NCBI GenBank assembly: GCA_043747615.1
Contig: JAYTOU010000080.1
Coordinates: 1-64,000 of the forward strand
Source: Myxococcales bacterium
Lineage (GTDB): Bacteria; Myxococcota_A; Polyangia; Polyangiales; Polyangiaceae
DNA length: 64,000 bases
Reading direction: 5' to 3'
Part shown: in pieces, positions 48,738 to 58,958 of the stretch
Layout: each line of letters starts with the position of its first letter
Position numbering within the stretch: position 1 is the stretch's first letter
The notes under the pieces: generated by a model
The model's database searches: none
What the model was told of the DNA's origin: nothing
What the model saw: only the letters and a program-made list of their open reading frames with translations
Made by a program: the position numbers and the translations under genes

Positions 48738-49124
48738 TCAGCGTTGAATCTTTACGGCCGCGATCGTCGCTCTCGCTTCGCTCGCTTCGGGAAGCACGGC
48801 CTCGAGACGACCGAAGATTTTGTCGATCCCCCAATCGCGAAGCGCCGCTGCGATGTCGGGCTCGCCGTCACCAAGCAACCACCGGCCGTCGCGGGCCAAG
48901 GTGAGACGCCGACGCGACGTGGACTTCCGGAGAACCTCGATGCCCCCGAGTACGCCAAAAGCCTCCGGAGCAGCCTCGGCGCAGTACTTTCCGCTCGCCT
49001 CGACGAGCTTTTGTTCCGCCATCTCGAGGCCTACGCGATGCTTGGCATTCTTGTTCGCCGCGTGCGCGCTATGGGCCAGCAGGTAAGCCTGGGCCGCGCT
49101 CGTCACGTCTTCTTTGGATGTCAT
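48738..49124 (-). CDS. Hypothetical protein
   Basis: 128-aa frame filling the gap; TAGTCT 7 nt upstream. Confidence 0.65.
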   Translation of the reverse strand: MTSKEDVTSAAQAYLLAHSAHAANKNAKHRVGLEMAEQKLVEASGKYCAEAAPEAFGVLGGIEVLRKSTSRRRLTLARDGRWLLGDGEPDIAAALRDWGIDKIFGRLEAVLPEASEARATIAAVKIQR

Positions 49125-49152
49125 GGGGGCGAGACTACCCTACTCTGCGTAC

Positions 49153-49908
49153 GTGGACGACCGATCCAAAGACGTCTCGCCGATTCGTCGACTGATCCAG
49201 GAACGCGATTTCTTTGTGGCCTTCCAGCCCGTCGTCGATCTCATCACGCGCAAGATCTTTGCGTACGAAGCGCTCGTGCGCCCGAAGTCGAAAGCGTTCA
49301 ACGGGCCGCCGAGCATGTTCGATGCAGCCGTCGCCGAGGGTTGCACCGGTGAGCTCGGCAGAGCTATCCGCGAACGAGCCGTCGACGATTGCACGACGCA
49401 TCCGCTCTTTCTAAATGTCCACCCGAACGAGCTCGATGAAAAATGGCTCGTTCAGCTGGACGATCCGATCTCACGTCACTCGGCAGACGTGTACCTGGAA
49501 ATCACCGAAGGAGTACCGCTCACCCATTTTCGGCTCTGCCAGGGCATCCTGCGCGAGCTTCGGGGGCGAGGCGTGTACCTGGTCGTGGACGATCTCGGCG
49601 CGGGCTACTCCAACTTGAAGTACATCGCCGATCTTCATCCGGCGTTCGTGAAACTCGATCGCGAGCTCATCATGGGCCTCACCACCAACTCCCGACTCCA
49701 CAAGCTGGTCTCTGGGATCGTGGTACTTTGCTCGGCCCTCGGCGCGAAGGTCGTCGCCGAAGGAATCGAGACTGAAGACGAGCTTCATGCCGTGTGCGAC
49801 GCGGGCGCGCAGTACGGACAGGGCTATCTCCTGGCGCGTCCTGCGTTTCCGCCCCCGCCCGTCACCTGGCCGAAAAACTGGTCGAAGAAATTGCTCACCC
49901 GCTCCTGA
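49153..49908 (+). CDS. Stand-alone EAL-domain c-di-GMP phosphodiesterase
   Basis: FQPVV, YEALVR, FLNV, EITE, DDLGAGYS, VKLD, AEGIE, QGY. Confidence 0.92.
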   Translation: MDDRSKDVSPIRRLIQERDFFVAFQPVVDLITRKIFAYEALVRPKSKAFNGPPSMFDAAVAEGCTGELGRAIRERAVDDCTTHPLFLNVHPNELDEKWLVQLDDPISRHSADVYLEITEGVPLTHFRLCQGILRELRGRGVYLVVDDLGAGYSNLKYIADLHPAFVKLDRELIMGLTTNSRLHKLVSGIVVLCSALGAKVVAEGIETEDELHAVCDAGAQYGQGYLLARPAFPPPPVTWPKNWSKKLLTRS

Positions 49909-49986
49909 TTCTCTCAGGGGGTGATGCTCGCGGCGGAACCCTAGCAAGAACAAGGGCGGCCAAGAAGACGTGCTATACCTTCCGGC

Positions 49987-50262
49987 GTGGTCGAACGACA
50001 TCCGCTCTACAATCTGAGTCTTCCGCTTCTCACCTTCGGGCTACTCGCTCAGGGCTCGGGCTGGCTCGGTCGCTGGAGCTTTCCCGTCGCCGGCGCGATC
50101 CTCTCCGTCGTGGGAACGGTGCTCGTGGTCCCCGGCATCGCCCTCCGCGCCAAGGACAAAGGGCACTCGGCCTTGTGGGGCGTCCTTGGACTTCTGTCGT
50201 TCGTGGGCGTGATCATCGTCTCTCTTTTGCCCAATCGCGCGAACCGCACGCTCCACAACTGA
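49987..50262 (+). CDS. Small membrane protein
   Basis: Three hydrophobic segments; AKDKGHS..WG.LG pattern. Confidence 0.7.
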   Translation: MVERHPLYNLSLPLLTFGLLAQGSGWLGRWSFPVAGAILSVVGTVLVVPGIALRAKDKGHSALWGVLGLLSFVGVIIVSLLPNRANRTLHN

Positions 50263-50299
50263 CGCTTCGTACGATGGCGTCTCGAGCACCGGTCGTCTT

Positions 50300-50992
50300 C
50301 TAGCGCTTCTTGCGGGCGGCGAGATCTGCTTCAACCTTCGTGCTCCAGCGGGTCACGTCTGCGTCTGCGAGCTTTGCGATCGCGGCGTCGTAGCACTGCA
50401 TCTGCGCGGGCATCGTGTGCGCGATCTCTAGATCTCTTTGTACGGTCGCGGCTGCTTCGTCCGCAGAATATTCCTTCGAGGTCATGGCGTGGATCCGGCG
50501 CTGACCGAGCTCTATGGCGGTGTTGCGGCGAACGGCGATGACACGTTGAAAGCGCTGGGCAGTGAACGCTCCGACGGCGTGCATTGCCTTCTCGAGCTCG
50601 GCGATGTCCGCGCACGACGAGTGAAGCCGGTCCGTGTCCGCGTCGAAACGCAGCGAGTCCCGCATCAGCTCCTGGGCGGCGCCAATCAGCTTCACGTCCT
50701 CGCGACTGGGTGACGCGAACGATTGAAGGCGCGCGAGCGACGAGGCAAAACTGCGCGGTCCAGCCCACAGATCACCCTGAAGCGGCTCGAGCCCGGAAGC
50801 CTTCAGGGTCATGATGAGCGACTCCTCGAGCGCGTCTTTGTCTTCAATCAGGGCGGAGCGGCATGCACTTCGGTCTGCGCTTGCTGCCGAGACGCACGAC
50901 CCTGCTACCACCGGAGGGCGCGGATGATCGGCCTCGACCGCCGGCGCGCCGCAGCCCCCGCACACGAGCGTCGCGATCCACAGCGCTCGCAT
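50300..50992 (-). CDS. Hypothetical helical lipoprotein
   Basis: GAGGA RBS; MRALWIATLVCGGC. Confidence 0.7.
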   Translation of the reverse strand: MRALWIATLVCGGCGAPAVEADHPRPPVVAGSCVSAASADRSACRSALIEDKDALEESLIMTLKASGLEPLQGDLWAGPRSFASSLARLQSFASPSREDVKLIGAAQELMRDSLRFDADTDRLHSSCADIAELEKAMHAVGAFTAQRFQRVIAVRRNTAIELGQRRIHAMTSKEYSADEAAATVQRDLEIAHTMPAQMQCYDAAIAKLADADVTRWSTKVEADLAARKKR

Positions 50993-51002
50993 CGCGCGAT
51001 CC

Positions 51003-51902
51003 TCAGAACTTCTGATGGACTACGTCGAGCTTGTCGGAGGAAGGGAATTTCAGCCTCCGGGTCGCCTTGTCGATGCATGCGGCGACTTTGTTGTTCGTCG
51101 GGCTCACCTTCACGCTGACACCGAGCGCCTTGCCTTGCTTCAGTGCGACGCAGATCTCGGCGTTGGCGCTGTCGGCCAGACCGCAGCTCCCCATGAACGA
51201 GCTCGAGCGCATCGGGCCACCGAGCTCTGAGTCGGTGAGATCCGCCTTGCCGCCCTTCTTGCCCATGTCGATCGTCTGCGGATTCTCGTCGATCGCGCGC
51301 TCGCAGCTCTTTCCGGCGCTGACGTTCAAGGAGACGTGAAGCTCCTCGGCGCTCTTCCCGGTGGATTTGTCGTGGTCGTAGATGGCGACGTGGATCGTGG
51401 TGCCTTCGTCGGTGAGCTTCTCGAGATCTTCGTACAGAATGACCTTGTCTCCCGTGTAGCCGTGCGCAGTGTGCATCAACGGGATCTCGACGGCCTTGGA
51501 GCCGGGGCCCTTCGGATAGACGATGACGGCGTCGCGCGTCTTCACGTCTGCGCCGAGAGCGCCGAGGTTCACTTCGTCATCCGTGGCGAAAATGGTGATG
51601 TGCACGCCTTCGGGGATGGTCTCGAGATGGATGGCGCCGGAAAAATCGTGCCCGCCTTTCGAGTCGTTGCTGCAAGGAACCATGGCTCGGTCGCCGTCGT
51701 CGTCGTGAAGATCGTACTTGTGGACGTGGTCCTTGCCGGCGCAGTCGTGAACCTTCTTGGCCTCTACGGGGCCGTTGCCTTTGTGGACGTAGCTCGCGTT
51801 CGTGGCGCCGCCACTGTTGGCGGTCTGGGGCGCCGGACTGCCTCCGCACGAGAAGAGGAAGAGCGAAACGGGGACGGCAAGAACGGAAAAGCTGGTGCGC
51901 AT
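51003..51902 (-). CDS. Lipoprotein with AgmX / TonB-C-terminal-like end domain
   Basis: Lipobox LFSC; C-terminal VAACI..RLKFP pattern (resemblance). Confidence 0.72.
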   Translation of the reverse strand: MRTSFSVLAVPVSLFLFSCGGSPAPQTANSGGATNASYVHKGNGPVEAKKVHDCAGKDHVHKYDLHDDDGDRAMVPCSNDSKGGHDFSGAIHLETIPEGVHITIFATDDEVNLGALGADVKTRDAVIVYPKGPGSKAVEIPLMHTAHGYTGDKVILYEDLEKLTDEGTTIHVAIYDHDKSTGKSAEELHVSLNVSAGKSCERAIDENPQTIDMGKKGGKADLTDSELGGPMRSSSFMGSCGLADSANAEICVALKQGKALGVSVKVSPTNNKVAACIDKATRRLKFPSSDKLDVVHQKF

Positions 51903-51970
51903 GAGGCGAGCTTACCAGAAACACTTTTCGCTCCAACATGACTAATTCAACGTAGAACGTGCGGACGACC

Positions 51971-52198
51971 ATGGTCTCCGAACCGAAGAAGAAGGTGTCG
52001 GGGCTCGGCGGCATCCAGCCGATGGGCAACGATCCCAAGACGTTCCCGGAGGCCGACTACCTCTCCAACCCGGGGAGAAAGCCGCGGAGAGTTCGAACAT
52101 GGGCCATCGCCATTATCGCGATCGTCGTGCTCACGCTCGTTGGGATCCTTGCGATCTACACGTTCGCACGACGAGTCGACTACCAAGGACACCACTAG
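51971..52198 (+). CDS. Small single-pass membrane protein
   Basis: 75 aa with one strong TM helix. Confidence 0.65.
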   Translation: MVSEPKKKVSGLGGIQPMGNDPKTFPEADYLSNPGRKPRRVRTWAIAIIAIVVLTLVGILAIYTFARRVDYQGHH

Positions 52199-52299
52199 TC
52201 CGACGTGCGCATGGACCGCGGGCGCGGTGGATGCCAGGCGTCTTTTGCCGACACGCTGCTAGGGTCGAGTATGGGCCTTGGTGGTTCTGGAGTACGTCT

Positions 52300-53625
<1,326 letters not shown>

Positions 53626-53824
53626 GAAGCCACGATAGCGGAATCGCTCGCCGGCGAAAAACACCGCAGGCCTGAGCGACGACCTCCGGGGGCTACCGGG
53701 TCTTGGCGGCCCCTCCGTAGACCGATTTTTTCGAGGCCACGACCGAAGTTCCTGCGAGCGCCTTCGCTACCGTGCCGACCGTCATCGAGTGAGCCTGGGA
53801 CGCCGTCGGTGCTAGAATACGGGC

Positions 53825-53986
53825 ATGTGTCTCATCTGCATCGAGTTCGACAAGAGTGCGATGAACCTGGCCGAGGCTCGGCGCGCACTCGGTGAAATGC
53901 GGGCAGGTCTCGACAAGAAGCACGTCGAGGAGGTCGAGGCGAAGCTCGACGACGCCGAGAAATTGCAAAAGTCACGGACGCCCTGA
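53825..53986 (+). CDS. 53-aa protein with N-terminal CxxC
   Basis: MCLICIEFDKSAMNLAEARRALGEMRAGLDKKHVEEVEAKLDDAEKLQKSRTP; TAGAAT 6 nt upstream; below the ORF-track cutoff. Confidence 0.75.
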   Translation: MCLICIEFDKSAMNLAEARRALGEMRAGLDKKHVEEVEAKLDDAEKLQKSRTP

Positions 53987-53987
53987 G

Positions 53988-55469
53988 CTACCCACCGGGA
54001 TGAGCCCGGTCCGGCGCAGGCAAACCGTTTAACGCTTCACCCGCTTCGAGCGCGGGCGGTTCGTCCGCAGCGCCTTTCCCGATCGTCAGTCGATTCCGCC
54101 CGTCGGCTTTCGACGCGTACATCGCGTGATCCGCGCGCGCCACGAAGCTCTCGAGGCTCTCGCCCGCAGCCAGCTCGACGAGACCGACGGATGCAGTCAC
54201 GTGCACCCGCTCCGAAGCGGCGTTGACGACGACCATGCTCTCGATCGCCTCGCGGACACGCTCCGCCACGACCGCAGCGCCAGCGAGTGGAGTGCTGAGC
54301 AACGCGACGACGAATTCCTCTCCGCCCCAGCGCGCGGCGACGTCGGTTTGGCGCGCGACTTTGCCCAGCAGAGCGCCGATCGAAGCGAGGACGCGGTCGC
54401 CCATCGCGTGACCATGCCCGTCGGTGATTTGCTTGAAGTGGTCGATGTCGAGGAGGAGGAGGGAGAGCGGGTAGTTGTGCCGTCTCGAGCGCGCGAGCTC
54501 TAGCCTGACGATGTTGCTGAACGCCCTCCGGTTCGTCAGCCCCGTCAGCGCGTCCGTCGAGGCGAGGCGCTGGGATTCGTCCACGAGCGACGTCATCCGA
54601 AGAGGGCCGCCGAGCTCCCGAGCAACGAGCGCGACCAGCTTTTCTGCCGCGGTTACGTCTCCCGGCGTCAGGGGGCTCAGCGCGATCCTGCCGACGTGCG
54701 AGTCTCCGAAGGGAATGTCTCGCACCACCGGTGGAGCGGCCCTGTCGCCGTCGAACGCGTCTTCGTCTTCAACCCTCGAGACGGCGCTTGCGGGGGTGAG
54801 GCCCAGCGCCGTACGTGCTTCTTCCTCGGCGAGCGCGGCGGTGCGCGGATGATGATGAAGAGCGAGCTGCCCTGAGCTCATCATGGAGACGGCCAGCCAC
54901 CGGTAACGACTCATCTGGGACATGAACTGCGCGAGCAAGTCGAACATTCGCTCGAACGTTCCGCTCGCCGCGAGGGAACGCACTTCGGAGGCAATGATGG
55001 ACTCGAAGAGCGCGGCGTCGATGTGACGCGCGATGCGATCGCGGATGTCGACCTTTCCACCTCCGAGCTGAAAGAAGAACGCGTCGTCGCCCTTTGGGGC
55101 CTTGATCGTTCGACCAAGCGCGCGCACGAGATCTCCCGTGCGGTGCTTCGCGACGTAGGCGTCGGCGCCAGCGCGATCCGCCCAGTAACGATTCTGCGGA
55201 TCGTCGACGTCTCCGCAGAGGATCACCGCGACGTCCGCGGTCGCTGGCTCCGAGCGAAGAAGGCGACAGAGCTGAAGTCCCGAGATGCTCGGCATCCACA
55301 AGTCGGCGACGAACGCTGCCGGAGGTGAGCTCAGCGCCATGTCCGCGCCGGTCGCTGGGTCGGCGGCATCTTCCACCTCGTAGCCCTGCGCCCTCAAACG
55401 TTGCGAGAGCATCTTGCGCGTCGGATCCAATGGATCGACAAGGATGATGCGCCTCGTTCGGGGGATCAC
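53988..55469 (-). CDS. Response regulator diguanylate cyclase (REC + middle domain + GGEEF)
   Basis: ADLWMP receiver, DALTGL.NRR, DIDHFK, RQTD I-site, RWGGEEF. Confidence 0.92.
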   Translation of the reverse strand: MIPRTRRIILVDPLDPTRKMLSQRLRAQGYEVEDAADPATGADMALSSPPAAFVADLWMPSISGLQLCRLLRSEPATADVAVILCGDVDDPQNRYWADRAGADAYVAKHRTGDLVRALGRTIKAPKGDDAFFFQLGGGKVDIRDRIARHIDAALFESIIASEVRSLAASGTFERMFDLLAQFMSQMSRYRWLAVSMMSSGQLALHHHPRTAALAEEEARTALGLTPASAVSRVEDEDAFDGDRAAPPVVRDIPFGDSHVGRIALSPLTPGDVTAAEKLVALVARELGGPLRMTSLVDESQRLASTDALTGLTNRRAFSNIVRLELARSRRHNYPLSLLLLDIDHFKQITDGHGHAMGDRVLASIGALLGKVARQTDVAARWGGEEFVVALLSTPLAGAAVVAERVREAIESMVVVNAASERVHVTASVGLVELAAGESLESFVARADHAMYASKADGRNRLTIGKGAADEPPALEAGEALNGLPAPDRAHPGG

Positions 55470-55581
55470 AGTGTGGTCTACGCCCGCCCCTCGCGCCGAT
55501 TAATGGGCCGGCGCGCTGATCAAAATCTGGTAGATCAAGCATGGGCGTAGTTTTCTTCCGCTCACTTTGGAGGCATCGGAA

Positions 55582-57723
55582 ATGCGGAAGCAAGCGTGGT
55601 TGCGAATCGCGGTCGCTGTGGCAACCGTCGTGGGCATCGGGGCTTGCGGGGGAGGCGGCGGGAGTGAGTTCAACCCCGGACCGAACGACGACGGCGGCGG
55701 TAGCGGCGACGATGCTTCGTTCATCGATTCTGGGTTCGGTGGCGACGGCGGCCCGACCATGCCAGTCGCCTCGCTCACGATCGACCCCCCGACCGCGACC
55801 CTCGATGTCAGCGTCGCGCCCTTCCCGACCCAGCAGTTCACGACGACGGCGCACTACGTCGATGGAACGAGCGGCGTCATCACGCCGTCCTGGTCTGCGT
55901 CGAACACACCCGTCGGCAACATCGTCAACACCGGGCTCTACAAAACGCGCGGCACGCAAGGAGGCGCGGTCACCATCACTGCGACCGCTGGCGGAAAGAC
56001 CGCGACAGCAGCCCTGACGGTGACGTTTCACTTGCTCGAGAACTCCGCATCGGCCGACGCTGCGACGCAGGCCGGCTTGCTGGCCGCGACCGCGCCAGAT
56101 GCGGCGGTGACCTGGACCTACCCTTACGACGCGACGGCATTTCCGCGTGGTCTCAACGCGCCGCAGCTGATGTGGAACGGAGCCGCGGCCGGCGACGTGT
56201 ACCTCGTGCACATCCAGAGCCCGACCTACGAGCTCCAGGCGTTCACGAACGCGGCCGTGGCCACGACCCTCGCGGGGGCGGCTCCAGCGGGCGGGCGAAC
56301 CTTCGCGTTTGCGGCCGCAACGTGGGGTGGCTTCGTCGACTCGACGTCGGGCAGTGCGACGCTCACCGTCTCCCGAAAAAGCGGCTCGACCTACACACGC
56401 TTGGTGCAGCAGACGTGGGCGATCGCGAGCCGCTCGATGAGCGGGAGCATCTACTACTGGGCGATCAACAAGGCCGCCGTCGTGCGCATCAAGCCCGGCG
56501 CGCTCGCACCTGATTATTTCCTGTCCGCCGCGACGGTTCCTCTGGGGCCCTCCACGGGGACCGTCATGGTTTGCCCTTCCTGCCACACGGCGTCGGCGGA
56601 TGGATCGACCTTGGTGATGGGAACCGGAAGGTGGGACAGCACCGTCGACGTTTGGTCGACGCTCTACAATCTCAAGACGAGCGCGACGTCGTTCAACGGG
56701 TACCAGACAGCCAGTCCCGCGACGCAGTTCCCCCTGGCGGCAGTTACCCCCGATGGAAAGATGGTCGTCGAGAACTGGGCGTCCGTGCGTGGCAGCCCCA
56801 TGGGCCAGACCGATCTTCCCGTCGACATCAGCGCGCCCGTGCTCGCAACACCGACGCTTCCCAGCGTGACCGGTACGAATCTGGAGACGTTGGTCGGCGC
56901 CTCGAATCACACGTTCTTCCCGGTGTTTTCTGCGGACAACGCGCTCTTCGCCTACGTCGATTCCGGCTCGGGAGCTTTGATCTCGCTCGATTGGAATCCG
57001 GTGACGAAGAAGTTTGCGAACCCGAGGACGCTCATCGCCGGGGGCGCCACCAAGATCGCCTATCCGACGATCTCGCCCGACCATCGCTGGGTCGTCTACC
57101 AACGCGGTCCCAACTACGGCTCGCTCGACACGTCGTTCACCGGCGACCTCTACGCCGTCGACACGACCAAGCCGGGCACCGAGATCGCCCTCGACGGGAT
57201 CAACAACACCTATTCGGCCGCGGCCGGAGTCGCGCGCGATCAGCACCGGAGCTACGAGCCCACCTTTGCGCCGGTCCCCTCGGGCGGGTTCTTCTGGCTC
57301 GTCTTTCACTCGCGACGCACCTTCGGAAACGCGCTCGTCAACGTGCCTTACGTCAACGGCACCGAAGGCAGCGGCACCAAGCAGCTCTGGGTCGCCGCAA
57401 TCAACGTTCCCACCGCCGCACCCTCCACGACGGACCCGAGCCACGCCCCATTCTGGCTGCCCGGTCAGGATCCCACGACCCGCAACATGCGCGGCTACTG
57501 GGCGCTCGATCCCTGCCAAACCGACGGGACCTCGTGCGTGACCGGCACCGACTGCTGCGGCGGATTCTGCGACGGAACGAACGACGCAGGCGTCGCGGTG
57601 TGCGGCTCGTCGAGCACCAGCTGCAGCCAGGTTGGCGATCGCTGCAACGTCACCGCCGATTGCTGCGGGGCTGCAGGCGTCACGTGCATCAACCACGCGT
57701 GCGCCGAGCCTCCGCCGCGCTGA
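55582..57723 (+). CDS. Lipoprotein: Ig-like domain, TolB-like propeller, Cys-rich tail
   Basis: GGAGG RBS; lipobox IGAC; FPVFSAD, YPTISPD, EPTFAP repeats; CPSCH; C-terminal CC repeats. Confidence 0.87.
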   Translation: MRKQAWLRIAVAVATVVGIGACGGGGGSEFNPGPNDDGGGSGDDASFIDSGFGGDGGPTMPVASLTIDPPTATLDVSVAPFPTQQFTTTAHYVDGTSGVITPSWSASNTPVGNIVNTGLYKTRGTQGGAVTITATAGGKTATAALTVTFHLLENSASADAATQAGLLAATAPDAAVTWTYPYDATAFPRGLNAPQLMWNGAAAGDVYLVHIQSPTYELQAFTNAAVATTLAGAAPAGGRTFAFAAATWGGFVDSTSGSATLTVSRKSGSTYTRLVQQTWAIASRSMSGSIYYWAINKAAVVRIKPGALAPDYFLSAATVPLGPSTGTVMVCPSCHTASADGSTLVMGTGRWDSTVDVWSTLYNLKTSATSFNGYQTASPATQFPLAAVTPDGKMVVENWASVRGSPMGQTDLPVDISAPVLATPTLPSVTGTNLETLVGASNHTFFPVFSADNALFAYVDSGSGALISLDWNPVTKKFANPRTLIAGGATKIAYPTISPDHRWVVYQRGPNYGSLDTSFTGDLYAVDTTKPGTEIALDGINNTYSAAAGVARDQHRSYEPTFAPVPSGGFFWLVFHSRRTFGNALVNVPYVNGTEGSGTKQLWVAAINVPTAAPSTTDPSHAPFWLPGQDPTTRNMRGYWALDPCQTDGTSCVTGTDCCGGFCDGTNDAGVAVCGSSSTSCSQVGDRCNVTADCCGAAGVTCINHACAEPPPR

Positions 57724-57733
57724 GCACCACCAG

Positions 57734-58897
57734 ATGCCGGAGCGTCCGCGAAAGTCGAAACGTAGCCACGTGGATGACCTGCGCGGCGCGAACCGCCTGG
57801 TGATCGAGGCGACGAAGGGCGTCATGGGTCTCGTCGAGGCAATGCACAACCGCATTGCAAGCGGCCCGGGCATCCTCGGTCGCCCACTCGAAGGCCCAGC
57901 GAGTCGCGTTACCGGCTTGGTGTACGGGACCATGCGCGGGGTGACGAGTCTCGTCGGGACGAGCATCGACACCGCACTGGAGCAGCTCGCGCCGGTCCTA
58001 GGCGAGAGCGAGCCTGGGTCCGAGCGCGCGGCGGTCCTCGCGGCGCTCAACGGCGTGCTCGGTGATTATCTGAGCGAGAGTGGCAACCCGCTCGCGATCG
58101 AGATGAGGCTTGCACCCCGTTCGGAGTCTCCCGCGCCGAGCGGCAAGCTGCTCGTCCTCGTCCACGGCTCGTCGATGAACGAGCATCAATGGACGCGTCT
58201 CGGGCACGACCATGGAGCCTTGCTCGCGCGCGACCTCGGATATGCGCCTATTTATCTTCGGTACAACAGCGGGCTGCACATCTCGACTAACGGAGCGGCC
58301 TTCGCCGCGCTGCTCGAGCAGGTCACCCAGGAGTGGCCCGTACCCATCGAGGAGATCGTGCTGCTCGGCCACAGCATGGGCGGTCTCGTGGCGCGAAGCG
58401 CTTGCCACGCAGGAGAGACGAGCGCTTGGAGGCGGAAATTACGCGCGCTCGTATGCCTCGGCTCCCCGCACCACGGCGCACCACTCGAACGCGGTGGAAG
58501 CTGGCTCGATCTCCTCCTCGGCATGAGCAGCTACAGCGCACCCCTCAAGCTGCTCGGGCAGATCCGCAGCGCCGGGGTGACCGACTTGCGCTACGGGAAC
58601 GTACTCGACGAGCACTGGCGCGGACGCGATCGCTTTACGCATGGTGTAGATCCGCGGCACGAGCTGACCCTGCCGAACGGGGTCCGCTGCTTCGCGATCG
58701 CCGGCACCAAATCGCTCACCGAAGGCGAAAAGCTCCGCGGCGACGGATTGGTTCCGGTGGACAGCGCGCTCGGCCGGCACGAAAAGGCGGAGCTGACCCT
58801 GGCGTTCGACGAGTCGTGGATCGCCTATGGAACGTTGCACCTCGATCTCCTCAGTCGGCCCGAGGTCTACGAGACCCTTCGATCCTGGCTGTCGTGA
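57734..58897 (+). CDS. Alpha/beta hydrolase (PGAP1-like lipase/esterase)
   Basis: LVHG, GHSMGG, GSPHHGAPL, DGLVP, HLDLL. Confidence 0.9.
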   Translation: MPERPRKSKRSHVDDLRGANRLVIEATKGVMGLVEAMHNRIASGPGILGRPLEGPASRVTGLVYGTMRGVTSLVGTSIDTALEQLAPVLGESEPGSERAAVLAALNGVLGDYLSESGNPLAIEMRLAPRSESPAPSGKLLVLVHGSSMNEHQWTRLGHDHGALLARDLGYAPIYLRYNSGLHISTNGAAFAALLEQVTQEWPVPIEEIVLLGHSMGGLVARSACHAGETSAWRRKLRALVCLGSPHHGAPLERGGSWLDLLLGMSSYSAPLKLLGQIRSAGVTDLRYGNVLDEHWRGRDRFTHGVDPRHELTLPNGVRCFAIAGTKSLTEGEKLRGDGLVPVDSALGRHEKAELTLAFDESWIAYGTLHLDLLSRPEVYETLRSWLS

Positions 58898-58958
58898 TTC
58901 TTCGCGCTCACGGGGCTCCGGCTTGACCTGAGCATCGTGCGGCCCAAGAGTCGTCGTC

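Noticed and set aside
54769..58050. 1093-aa minus-strand ORF and other long shadow ORFs (e.g. 2816-4303, 28519-29925, 60809-62356)
   Set aside because: Antisense or alternate-frame shadows of well-supported genes; mostly Arg/Ala-rich with no motifs, as expected at high GC.
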